A DNA stretch of 26,241 nucleotides, taken from a virus (lineage: Duplodnaviria; Caudoviricetes). Below the pieces are notes generated by a model. That model saw only the letters and a program-made list of their open reading frames with translations, was not told where the DNA came from and did no database searches. Made by a program: the position numbers and the translations under genes. The DNA is taken from positions 1 to 26,241 of IMG/VR virus record IMGVR_UViG_3300010354_000548; one strand, written 5' to 3'. Shown here one piece after another: positions 16,416 to 25,500 of this stretch (positions are counted from its first letter, which is position 1; each line of letters starts with the position of its first letter).

Positions 16416-18532
16416 TGAGTTATACAATTAATTTTACAGATACACCTAATAATCCTGGTGGTATAACAGTTGAAGACCAAAGTCTTAATCAAGAAAAAAG
16501 TATAAGTTTTATAGGAAAAAATTATACAGGTTATGCTAAAGTTATTGCAGAAAGCTTTCTACATCTTTTAGAAAATTTTGCAAAGTCAGAAGCACCTAAT
16601 AATCCTGTGGTAGGACAGTTATGGTATGATACTGATTCTAATAACGATCCATCACAACCTCAACTTTTAGTATATGATGGCACGAATTGGCAACCCGCTG
16701 GAACAGTAAAGAGAAGATCTAGTCAGCCGTTAGCATCAGAAAGTGTTATTGGCGATTTATGGGTAGATACTGCTAATCAACAATTATACTTGTGGTCAGG
16801 ATCTAGTTGGATATTAATTGGTCCAGAATTTAGTGCCGGCACAGTCACTGGACCTAAAGTTGAATCTTTAATAGACACATTAACTATTGAAAGATTTGTA
16901 ATCAGTTTATATGTTAGCGACGAAAGAGTTGCAATTATAAGTTCTCAAGAGTTTACTCCGAAATTATCAATAGAAGGATTTCCTAAAATCAAAAAAGGTA
17001 TCAATTTAAGAGATACTAATGATAGCGGAGTTACCAGTTTAAACAATAGTACTTTTAGATTTGTTGGATCTGCTACTAATAGTGAAAAGTTAGGTGGAAT
17101 CGAGTCAAGTAATTTTGTTAGAAACGATATTAATAGCACTACTAACGGCAGCTTTAGTATTCGAAATAATGCCGGATTAATTATAGGATCAGATTTATCT
17201 GTTAGTTTGTCAAATACAACTACTGGAGCTACTGTTTTATATAATAAAACTGAAGGATCTAGTATTTTTATAAGAACTAATCAAGATGGCGCAGCACAAG
17301 ATGTTATAACAGTTAGTGGAACCAATGTAGGAATTAATAAAACTAATCCAGTCTATGAGTTAGATGTTAATGGAACTGTACGTACTAGCGACAACCTTTT
17401 TGTTAATGGCACAAATAATGCAGTAGATTTAAATACCGGTTCAATTAGAACTGCTGGCGGTCTAAGTGTACAAAAAAGTATTCATGTTGGCCAAGGAATA
17501 AAAGTTACCGGTACTGTTACTAGTAACAGTATCATTCCAGAAACGACTGCTACGTATGATTTAGGTACAGAAGATACGACTTTTAAAAACATATACGCAA
17601 CAAAAGTCATTTCATCTAATTTTGAAGGATCTTTTTCAGGACAATTAATTGGTTCAGTAACAGGAAGTGCAAGTCGATTAGCTAGTTCTACTAATTTTAG
17701 ATTAGTAGGTGAAGTGACCAGTAATACTATAAGCTTTAATGGATTGCAACCAGGCGGAGTTGCTGAATTTACATCTACAGTTAGTGCAGATTTTATCGGA
17801 AATAAAACTCTTGTAAGTTCAGTCAATGATGATGATTTATTATTAATACAACGTCCAGCGACAGGTTTACAAAAAGTAACTACTGCGGCTTTCTTTTCAA
17901 GAGCAGGAGTATTGCCAATTGGATCATTAATGCCTTTTGCAGGTGCAGTTGCTCCAAACGGATTTTTATTATGCGATGGTAGCGAATATTTAATTAGTGA
18001 ATATACAGAATTATGGCAGATTATTGGATATACTTATAAACCATTAGGAGCATTACAAGGGTTGAACACCTTTGCTGTACCAGATCTTAGAGGAAGATTT
18101 CCTTTAGGATTGGACAATATGTTTAGCGGAGTTAAAGTTCCTAAAAATGATGGGTCAGGAGATTTAATTTATACAATTGGAACAAATGCTTCAAGGGTAA
18201 ATGCTTCTGCTGCAAATAACATAGGTTCAGGAAGTGGCACACAAGACACTCAACTACAAATAAGTCAGCTTCCAGAACATACACACGATATGAGAGGTTT
18301 GACATCCACAGGAGAAAAAGGTCAGCAATATTATGCGATTAGAAATAGTTCAGACCCTGCAGGTGATGTTAATACTGTAAGCCATACTACTAAAGGACCT
18401 TCTTTAGTTAATGAAGGACAGTTCTTGCCTAATAGCGGTGGAGTAAATAACCCACTTTTAGGTGAAGCAGTTTCGTTAATGAATCCTTATATAAGTTTGA
18501 ATTATATAATCTATACCGGAAAGTTTATCTAA
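16415..18532 (+). CDS. Tail fibre with phage tail-collar domain and HxH tip (short-tail-fibre/gp12-like C-terminus), 705 aa
   Basis: GAGGT RBS; shared IGKNYxGY...LENFA N-terminal module; VGINKTNPVYELDVNG fibre motif; collar domain LPIGSLMPFAG..PNGFLLCDG...PDLRGRFPLG (about 17912-18109); LPEHTH at 18278-18286; ends MNPYISLNYII. Confidence 0.85.
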   Translation: MSYTINFTDTPNNPGGITVEDQSLNQEKSISFIGKNYTGYAKVIAESFLHLLENFAKSEAPNNPVVGQLWYDTDSNNDPSQPQLLVYDGTNWQPAGTVKRRSSQPLASESVIGDLWVDTANQQLYLWSGSSWILIGPEFSAGTVTGPKVESLIDTLTIERFVISLYVSDERVAIISSQEFTPKLSIEGFPKIKKGINLRDTNDSGVTSLNNSTFRFVGSATNSEKLGGIESSNFVRNDINSTTNGSFSIRNNAGLIIGSDLSVSLSNTTTGATVLYNKTEGSSIFIRTNQDGAAQDVITVSGTNVGINKTNPVYELDVNGTVRTSDNLFVNGTNNAVDLNTGSIRTAGGLSVQKSIHVGQGIKVTGTVTSNSIIPETTATYDLGTEDTTFKNIYATKVISSNFEGSFSGQLIGSVTGSASRLASSTNFRLVGEVTSNTISFNGLQPGGVAEFTSTVSADFIGNKTLVSSVNDDDLLLIQRPATGLQKVTTAAFFSRAGVLPIGSLMPFAGAVAPNGFLLCDGSEYLISEYTELWQIIGYTYKPLGALQGLNTFAVPDLRGRFPLGLDNMFSGVKVPKNDGSGDLIYTIGTNASRVNASAANNIGSGSGTQDTQLQISQLPEHTHDMRGLTSTGEKGQQYYAIRNSSDPAGDVNTVSHTTKGPSLVNEGQFLPNSGGVNNPLLGEAVSLMNPYISLNYIIYTGKFI

Positions 18533-18542
18533 GGAACTATGA

Positions 18543-20399
18543 ATGACTTATCAGATTAATTTAACAAACGGATCATTATTAACAGAAATTGTTGATAGCT
18601 CTATTGATCAACAAGCTACAGATCTAACCTTAATAGGCAAAAATGTTTCTGGATATGGCGAATATATTAATGAAAATTTTATAAAGATATTAGAAAATTT
18701 TGCAGCAGAAACAGCACCAACTAATCCATTAATTGGACAAATATGGTTCGACACTGCTGAAAATCGATTAAAAGTATACGACGGTAACGGTTTTAAAATA
18801 GGTTCAGGGCCAATAGTAAGCGGTACTCGTCCGCTTAGTTTCAGTCAAGGCGATCTATGGATTGATAGTACGCAGAATCAATTGTATTTCTATGACGGGA
18901 TTGATCTTCAACTGGCAGGACCTATATATAAAGAGTCTCAAGGTCGTTGTGGTTTTGTTGTCGAAGACATTGTTGACACGAACGGATCAGCAAAAACTAT
19001 TGTCAAGCTTTTAGTCAACGATATACTATTAGGAATTTTTAGCACTTCGGCGGTATCTTATACACCCGCATCTCCAATATCAGGATATACTGGTGCTATA
19101 TACCCAGGATTTAATGAAGGAACCATTCCAGGAGCTAAATGGAGATTAACTGCAACTAAAGCTGATGCATTATTAGATGTCACAGGGCAATTAAAAACCC
19201 CATCTAATTTTATGAAAACAGATGAAAATACTGCAACAACTGGAACTTTAAGTGTTGTTAATCCTGCTCCTTTAATTTTAGGAACAGATAGTAATATTGA
19301 AGTAACTACAGATCCATTTTTGACTACTTATCAACATAACGCATTAAACGCTAACGTAAGATTCAAAGTAAGAAACAACGCAGGTTATCAAGAACCATTA
19401 ACATTTATTGCTTCAACTAAAAAAGTAGGAATATTTACGCCATCTCCGGCTTATACATTAGATGTTACTGGTGATGCTCGAATTACTGGTAATCTTATTG
19501 TCAATGGAGGTACTACATCAATTAGTACATCTAACTTATCTATTCAAGATCATCAGATAGAATTAGCAGTTAATGATGATAGCAGTGTTAGTGATACATA
19601 TGCTGATCAAGGCGGAATAGTTCTTAGAGGCACCACTAATCATTCAATAATATGGGATCAAGGATCAACTTCCTGGAGAATGAGCGAGAATCTTGATATA
19701 AGGGAAACTAGTGCAGGAGCAAGAGCATATAAGATTAATGGTACAAATGTTTTGGAATATACCGGGTCTGTCTTCCAATTATCTGCTGCTGTAACATCTG
19801 CTCCAGGAATTACAAGTTTTGGCCCTCAAACTAGTTTAACTGTGGACAATATCTTTGTAGATAATAATCGAATTTCCAGTTTAAATGCTAATGGTGATGT
19901 TGAAATTGAGCCTAACGGATCAGGAAATCTAGCTCTTATTGGAAACCCTAAAATTACAGGGCTAGCAGATCCTACGTCTGCTACAGATGCAGCTACAAAA
20001 CAATATGTTGATAATCTTGTTTCGAGCAGGAACATTTGTTTTAGTATGGATATTACCGGATTAAATGATACTCAAATTGCAGATCAATTAGAACAAATAG
20101 CTCCTGCAAATTATTATGAAATTAATACAGAAGCTAGAATTCATTGTACAATTCAGAATGTTTCTTATTCAAATATTCAATTTACATCGTCTCCTACAGG
20201 AGATTTCGTAAAAAGTTATATAAATGTGGATAAATCAGACAATGTCGGACCGCAACCAAGCGAACCAGTACTGCAAGATTTTAGTATTAATCCTATAAAT
20301 TTAGGACCTGCTACTATCACAGTAACAAGAGTGAACAAATTATTTAGATTAGTGTCAGATAGCACCACTGCGGTATGGCAGTGGCAAATGGATTTTTAA
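18543..20399 (+). CDS. Tail fibre protein, paralogue 2 (618 aa)
   Basis: AAGGA RBS; IGKNVSGYGEYINENFIKILENFA N-terminal module; VGIFTPSPAYTLDVTG and GNLIVNGGTTSIST fibre motifs; YadA-neck-like KITGLADPTSATDAATKQYVD. Confidence 0.8.
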   Translation: MTYQINLTNGSLLTEIVDSSIDQQATDLTLIGKNVSGYGEYINENFIKILENFAAETAPTNPLIGQIWFDTAENRLKVYDGNGFKIGSGPIVSGTRPLSFSQGDLWIDSTQNQLYFYDGIDLQLAGPIYKESQGRCGFVVEDIVDTNGSAKTIVKLLVNDILLGIFSTSAVSYTPASPISGYTGAIYPGFNEGTIPGAKWRLTATKADALLDVTGQLKTPSNFMKTDENTATTGTLSVVNPAPLILGTDSNIEVTTDPFLTTYQHNALNANVRFKVRNNAGYQEPLTFIASTKKVGIFTPSPAYTLDVTGDARITGNLIVNGGTTSISTSNLSIQDHQIELAVNDDSSVSDTYADQGGIVLRGTTNHSIIWDQGSTSWRMSENLDIRETSAGARAYKINGTNVLEYTGSVFQLSAAVTSAPGITSFGPQTSLTVDNIFVDNNRISSLNANGDVEIEPNGSGNLALIGNPKITGLADPTSATDAATKQYVDNLVSSRNICFSMDITGLNDTQIADQLEQIAPANYYEINTEARIHCTIQNVSYSNIQFTSSPTGDFVKSYINVDKSDNVGPQPSEPVLQDFSINPINLGPATITVTRVNKLFRLVSDSTTAVWQWQMDF

Positions 20400-20405
20400 T
20401 AAATA
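20398..20405 (+). promoter_or_regulatory. Putative T4-type late promoter (AATAAATA) followed by GAGGAG RBS (20412-20417)
   Basis: 7/8 match to TATAAATA, overlapping the upstream stop codon and ending 20 nt before the ATG at 20426. This is the same spacing as the 15776 motif. Confidence 0.55.
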
Positions 20406-20425
20406 TACAGTGAGGAGTATAGTAA

Positions 20426-21916
20426 ATGGCATATGTAATAGATAGATATAATGGTACAACTTTAGCTACAGTGGAAGATGGCACCATTGATGCTACTCTT
20501 GATATTAAACTTATTGGAAAAAATTACGCCGGTTATGGCGAAATACAAAATGAAAATTTTTTACATATGTTAGAAAATTTTTCAGGCGAAACAGCACCTC
20601 CTCGTCCAATTAGCGGTCAATTGTGGTACGATAGTCTTGCGAAAAAGATTAAATTTTATAATAATGCCACTTGGAAAACTATTGGAGCAGAACCTGCTGG
20701 TACTAAACCAGCTGGAGGAACAGTAGGCGATTTATGGTGGGACAGTTCTAATAAGCAGTTATATGCTCACGATGGTACAGATTTTTATCTAGTAGGCCCG
20801 CAAGCCGCAGAAGGGCTAGGAACTACACAGATGAGATCTCGTTCAGTTCTTGATGATACTGATGTTGCTCATGCTATTATTGAAGCTATTGTAGATGAAG
20901 AAGTTGTTTATATAATTGCTACAGAAGAATTTACATTAAATGGAGCAGTAAACCCAATTTTAGGATTCACAGTTATTAAAGCTGGATTAACTTTGATTAA
21001 TACAGGAAGTACAGGAGCTACTAGTAGCAGCCATAGATATTGGGGAACAGCATCGAACTCAGAAAAATTAGGAGGACAAACTGCTTCGAATTATGTTACA
21101 AAAACTGGAGGAAGTTTTTTAGATGCTGTAACATTTGTTGATGCAGGTTTTACTGTAGGTGATAGTAACGATTTAGCTGTATACATTACAGGTAGCGATG
21201 CTTATGTAAAAAATCAAATTGGAGATAGAATCGTATTTCAAACTTCATCTGGTGGAACACAGACTCCTTTGATACTTTTAGGTAATTCGATTCTCCCAGG
21301 AACTACCCTATATTCAAATATTGGTAGTAGTTCATTTCAATATAATAACATTTATGCTAGTTATTTGTACGGAACTTCCCAACAATCAGATGCATTAGCA
21401 GTAAGCGGAGTGTACAGAATAGCAGCAGTTAGTAATCCTGATGTAGGAGATCCTGATACTATTGCTTGTAGAGACGGCAGTGGTAATTTAAGAGCTACAG
21501 AATTTCAAGGAACTGCTACCTCAGCATTTTTTGCTGACTTAGCAGAAAAATATTTGCCAGATCAAGAATATGAAGTTGGCACTGTGGTTGCAGTAGGAGG
21601 CACAGCAGAAGTTAGAGCTTGCCAAATAGGAGATAGAGCATTTGGTGCTATAAGTGCTAATCCAGCATTTAAAATGAATGAAGGATTACAAGGTGGAGTT
21701 TACATTGCACTAAAAGGCAGAGTTCCAGTAAAAGTCTCAGGTCCAGTAGAAAAAGGTGATAAATTAATGGCAGCAAGTAATGGTACAGCGGCGCCTGCAC
21801 ATTTAATTTTAAGAGGTCAACAAGTTACATCAAGAAGTTTTCCTGATACATTTGCGATAGCTTTAGAAACTAATCTTGATGAAGGTGTAAAATTAGTAGA
21901 ATGCGTCGTTTTGTAA
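20426..21916 (+). CDS. Tail fibre protein, paralogue 3, with C-terminal Peptidase_G2-like intramolecular chaperone (496 aa)
   Basis: IGKNYAGYGEIQNENFLHMLENFS module. The C-terminus ADLAEKY...GTVV...GAISANPA...IALKGRVPVKV.G.V.KGD.L (21533-21913) matches the auto-cleaving chaperone family of phi29 gp12-type appendages. Confidence 0.8.
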   Translation: MAYVIDRYNGTTLATVEDGTIDATLDIKLIGKNYAGYGEIQNENFLHMLENFSGETAPPRPISGQLWYDSLAKKIKFYNNATWKTIGAEPAGTKPAGGTVGDLWWDSSNKQLYAHDGTDFYLVGPQAAEGLGTTQMRSRSVLDDTDVAHAIIEAIVDEEVVYIIATEEFTLNGAVNPILGFTVIKAGLTLINTGSTGATSSSHRYWGTASNSEKLGGQTASNYVTKTGGSFLDAVTFVDAGFTVGDSNDLAVYITGSDAYVKNQIGDRIVFQTSSGGTQTPLILLGNSILPGTTLYSNIGSSSFQYNNIYASYLYGTSQQSDALAVSGVYRIAAVSNPDVGDPDTIACRDGSGNLRATEFQGTATSAFFADLAEKYLPDQEYEVGTVVAVGGTAEVRACQIGDRAFGAISANPAFKMNEGLQGGVYIALKGRVPVKVSGPVEKGDKLMAASNGTAAPAHLILRGQQVTSRSFPDTFAIALETNLDEGVKLVECVVL

Positions 21917-21928
21917 GGATGAATCATT

Positions 21929-22927
21929 ATGGCAATTACAGCAACAGATTTTAATAATATAAGAAATAAAGTTGTCGGAGTATTAGGAACCGGATCAACT
22001 GGCTACGGGCAAACTCCTGTCAGTTCAGCAGCTACTAGTGCAACTGCAATTAGTGCTACTCTTTGGAATAATCTAAGAACAGACATGCTCAAAGCAAGGC
22101 AGCATCAAACTGGTAGAGACGAGACTCCTTTTGCACCAGCAGTTTTAAATAGAACAACTACAATTACAGAAGCTATTAGAGTAGCTTTTGATAATTATGC
22201 TAACCAAATAGTTTCTGATCAGAGATTGCTAGGATATAGTCCGTTAGAAGATGAGATTATTGATCAAGCACAACCAGAATTATTTTTTACTAGTGCGCAA
22301 TACACGGCCAACTGGAATCAAACTTTATATTATCGTGCAAGAGTAAAATTTGCTGATAATTTACAGGCAAGATATTTTTTCAATGCTGGCGGCCAAATTA
22401 GATTTTATGCTGCAAAAACAGATAGAACTTCTAGTCTAACAAAAGATATAGAATGGGATAACATACTTGGAACCTCTACTACTAAAAACGGAACTAGTCC
22501 AGGTTCAGGTATTGGAAAAGTAGTTTATAAGTATAATTCTGTAGAACAATTAGCAGGATCTTTTGCAACTTCGGGAACTTCATCTCCTCAATATAGTTTT
22601 TATACAGCAGCATCTAGTTATGTAAATAGTAGTTTGCCTACCACAGCTACTACAATTTTTACCAAATCTGCTAGCGCATACAGTTCAAATATTTACGATA
22701 TTAGAATGTATGCTGATAATGCGTCAAGTCCAACACAGCTAACATTTTTAATTAGATTCCAAGATTTAGCAGGTGGAAATGTAGATGAACAAAATACTGG
22801 AAAACTAACACAATATGTTGAAATACTTAGACCAACAGTAACAGGTGGCGTAACTGTTAACGGTCCAAGTTTAGCGTTGTCTGCACAAGCTGGTATTTCA
22901 AACGATATACTTGTTGCTGGTTCATAA
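21929..22927 (+). CDS. Ser/Thr-rich virion structural protein (332 aa)
   Basis: AAGGA RBS; two N-terminal I-x-A-x-x-(F/W)NN(I/L)R helices; ARYFFNAGGQIRF motif; last gene of the structural block. Confidence 0.65.
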   Translation: MAITATDFNNIRNKVVGVLGTGSTGYGQTPVSSAATSATAISATLWNNLRTDMLKARQHQTGRDETPFAPAVLNRTTTITEAIRVAFDNYANQIVSDQRLLGYSPLEDEIIDQAQPELFFTSAQYTANWNQTLYYRARVKFADNLQARYFFNAGGQIRFYAAKTDRTSSLTKDIEWDNILGTSTTKNGTSPGSGIGKVVYKYNSVEQLAGSFATSGTSSPQYSFYTAASSYVNSSLPTTATTIFTKSASAYSSNIYDIRMYADNASSPTQLTFLIRFQDLAGGNVDEQNTGKLTQYVEILRPTVTGGVTVNGPSLALSAQAGISNDILVAGS

Positions 22928-22950
22928 TCAGAATTAAGTTTTAAAAATTG

Positions 22951-22983
22951 ACCTCTGCATAATTATAAGTGCGGAGGTTTTTT
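22951..22983 (+). terminator. Intrinsic-terminator-like hairpin that also sequesters the downstream Shine-Dalgarno
   Basis: ACCTCTGCAT (22951-60), loop AATTATAA, GTGCGGAGGT (22969-78) form a 10-bp stem with 2 G-U pairs, followed by a T-run (22978-83). GGAGG (22973-77) is in the 3' arm, 6 nt before the ATG at 22984. Confidence 0.7.
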
Positions 22984-23331
22984 ATGACTAAAGATTTTGA
23001 AACTGCATTCGATTTAGCCAATCTTATGTCAGTGATATCACAGCAAAAGAAAGTAATTAAAGAAGAATTCGAAACATCTACATTATATTTTTATAATGGA
23101 GGAACTTTTAAAGTTGATCAGACTTTAATTTCTTTTGTCACATCCTTAAAAATATTGCATCAAACAACCGCAGTAATTATTGATCAAAATAATTTACCAA
23201 TATTCATAGATAATGTTGTTATATTTTTAGAAAATATATTGCATCAATATACACAAGCATCAAATAAGTTTTTAACAGATTACAAAAATTTGCAAATTAA
23301 TAGAAAAATTGAAAGCATATTAAATTTATGA
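22984..23331 (+). CDS. Hypothetical protein, possible tail-fibre assembly chaperone (DUF4376-like), 115 aa
   Basis: Start re-called to the ATG at 22984 (GGAGG at ideal spacing) rather than the GTG at 22969. The pattern helix / YNGGTFKVD hairpin / helix / DQNNLPIFI / long helix resembles DUF4376-type proteins found next to fibre genes. Confidence 0.6.
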   Translation: MTKDFETAFDLANLMSVISQQKKVIKEEFETSTLYFYNGGTFKVDQTLISFVTSLKILHQTTAVIIDQNNLPIFIDNVVIFLENILHQYTQASNKFLTDYKNLQINRKIESILNL

Positions 23332-24146
23332 ATCGAGGTATTTTATTATTTGCTTTTCAATCGGATATTGATTATATTTCTTTGGCAACCTTTTGTGCTA
23401 AAAGAGCAAAAATGCACTTAAAATTGCCTGTGACAATAGTTACAAACTCTAAAAAAGATATTTCATGCCCTGAGTTATTTGATAATATCATTGAAAGTGA
23501 AGACTTAACTGTTCAAAAGAAGTTGTTTAATAACGGATCTTCAGAAACATACAATTATATTTGGAAGAATTCAAACAGGGCGTTAGCTTACGATTTATCT
23601 CCTTATGAGCACACTATAGTATTAGACGTGGATTATATAATTAATTCTGATTTTTTGTTAAAATGTTTAGATATAGATAAAGATTTTTTAATTTTTAAAG
23701 ATAGTTGTGATTTATCGTTTTGGAGAGATACCAAAGAATTTACATATGTCTCAGATTATTCTATTCCTTTTTATTGGGCAACTGTTCTAATCTTTAAGAA
23801 AACCGAAAAAAATAGAATATTGTTTCAATTAGTTCATCAAATTAAAAATAACTGGAATTATTATAGATCTCTTTATCAGATTCCTGACTCAAAATTTAGA
23901 AACGATTTTGCATTTAGTATAGCTATACATATTATTTCAGGATTTCTTTCGAATAACTTTGATGATATAATCCCATCAAAAATTTATTATACATTGGACA
24001 AAGATTATTTACACAGTATAACTGATAATTCTTGTACATTTTTAGTTGAAAAAGAAAATGCCGGCGCCCAGTATATACCAACATCGATTAAAAATGTAGA
24101 TGTCCATGTAATGAACAAAATTAGTCTTATTGATAGAATATCATGA
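23328..24146 (+). CDS. GT-A fold glycosyltransferase, GT8-like (272 aa)
   Basis: N-terminal Rossmann-like strand GILLFA; NRALAYDLSPYEHTIVLDVD with DxD at 23625-23633; RNDFAFSIA; late His in VHVMNK; ATGA overlap with the upstream gene. Confidence 0.75.
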   Translation: MNRGILLFAFQSDIDYISLATFCAKRAKMHLKLPVTIVTNSKKDISCPELFDNIIESEDLTVQKKLFNNGSSETYNYIWKNSNRALAYDLSPYEHTIVLDVDYIINSDFLLKCLDIDKDFLIFKDSCDLSFWRDTKEFTYVSDYSIPFYWATVLIFKKTEKNRILFQLVHQIKNNWNYYRSLYQIPDSKFRNDFAFSIAIHIISGFLSNNFDDIIPSKIYYTLDKDYLHSITDNSCTFLVEKENAGAQYIPTSIKNVDVHVMNKISLIDRIS

Positions 24147-24964
24147 ATCGAGGTCATTTAATTTTTGCACAAAATTCTGACATTGATTATGTTAGACAGG
24201 CATATGCTCTTGCATTAACTATTAAAAAATATAATCTTATTAATAATGTAGCATTAGTAACAAATGATCCAGTTCCAGAAAAATATAAACATGCATTTGA
24301 TTATATCATCAACATACCTTGGGAAGATAACGCAAAAGATTCGCAATGGAAAATTGAAAATCGTTGGAAATTAATTTATGCTTCTCCTTTTGACGAAACT
24401 ATGGTATATGATTCAGATATGCTGTTATTAGAAACTAACGATCAATGGTGGCAGTTATTACAAAATCATGATATATTTTTAACTTCTAATGTGTTAGATT
24501 ATCGAAATAATGTCATTAAGGATAATATATTACGTAAATCGTTCATAGAAAATTGCTTACCAAATGTATATTTTGGATTTCATTACTTTAAAAAAACAAC
24601 TAAAGCCTATGAGTTTTATAAATGGTTAGAAATAATTGTTAGAGATTATAAAAGATTTTATGATAAATTTGTTCCAAATCATACTCAAGATTTTTGCAGT
24701 ATGGATCTTAGTGCAGCAATAGCTACAAAAATTTTAGATGCAGAAACAGATTTTACCAAAAAAAATAACATTATAACTTTTGTTCATATGAAAAAAGAGC
24801 TACAGAATTGGGCAATAATACCTGCATCTTGGAATTCATGTTTAGCAATAAACTTTACTAAAAGATGTAATTTATATCTTTCAAATAATTTACAAACTGG
24901 ATTATTTCATTACACTGAAGACGAGTTTTTAACTGATAATATTTTAGAAAATCTTGAATCATGA
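24143..24964 (+). CDS. GT-A fold glycosyltransferase, GT8-like, paralogue of the preceding gene (273 aa)
   Basis: MNRGHLIFAQNSDIDYV start; NRWKLIYASPFDETMVYDSD with DxD at 24410-24418; SMDLSAAIA; FVHMKK and LFHY; ATGA overlap. Confidence 0.75.
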   Translation: MNRGHLIFAQNSDIDYVRQAYALALTIKKYNLINNVALVTNDPVPEKYKHAFDYIINIPWEDNAKDSQWKIENRWKLIYASPFDETMVYDSDMLLLETNDQWWQLLQNHDIFLTSNVLDYRNNVIKDNILRKSFIENCLPNVYFGFHYFKKTTKAYEFYKWLEIIVRDYKRFYDKFVPNHTQDFCSMDLSAAIATKILDAETDFTKKNNIITFVHMKKELQNWAIIPASWNSCLAINFTKRCNLYLSNNLQTGLFHYTEDEFLTDNILENLES

Positions 24965-25500
24965 AAAATCCTTTATATGTTGTATATGACGACGACATGA
25001 ATCTGTTATTAATCACTTCTGTTAAACCTGAAACTGGTAATTTTTTTATTACAGAAAAATCAAAAGTAAGAGATTTTTATTTAGGTTATAAAAGTTATCC
25101 AGGGCACTATGTAAAAAATCATGGATTTAACAATTTTACTATAGAAGAAAAAGTTAATACAAGTGGGTCTTATAGTTATAATGATTTAGTTGATATTTCT
25201 GTGAACAATTTTAAAACTGATTTAATAATTCAATATAATTTAAAAACCTTTTCTTGGATTTTTCTTTTAGACGCAGATATAGGTAATCAAATAGACGAAG
25301 CATTGTATGGTAACACTATAGAATTTTATTTGGTAAAGCAAAATCAGCATAATTTTTTAATTAGAACTTTTAAGATTAAAATAAAAGAACTAATAAATGG
25401 CCCAGTAGAATTTTCTTTTGAAAATAAAATTGAAGAATCTTTTGAAAATCTGCTGATTAAGAGTAAACAACATTTTAAAACAATAGGAATAAATGTATGA
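24961..25500 (+). CDS. Hypothetical protein (179 aa) in the glycosyltransferase operon
   Basis: ORF coupled on both sides by ATGA overlaps; no recognisable catalytic motif. Confidence 0.7.
   Translation: MKNPLYVVYDDDMNLLLITSVKPETGNFFITEKSKVRDFYLGYKSYPGHYVKNHGFNNFTIEEKVNTSGSYSYNDLVDISVNNFKTDLIIQYNLKTFSWIFLLDADIGNQIDEALYGNTIEFYLVKQNQHNFLIRTFKIKIKELINGPVEFSFENKIEESFENLLIKSKQHFKTIGINV

Noticed and set aside
20365-20397. Inverted repeat CCACTGC/GCAGTGG near the end of the 618-aa gene
   Set aside because: Only 7 bp, inside coding sequence, and the T-run is 8 nt away; too weak to call a terminator.
16415-21916. Diversity-generating retroelement or invertible tail-fibre cassette
   Set aside because: No reverse transcriptase or invertase, no template/variable repeat pair and no inverted fibre segments were seen in the window.
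22948-22969. Sigma70 promoter from TTGACC plus TATAAG
   Set aside because: Spacing is about 10 nt rather than 16-18.
22969-22983. GTG start giving a 120-aa protein
   Set aside because: It lies inside the hairpin and upstream of the GGAGG; the ATG at 22984 has ideal RBS spacing.
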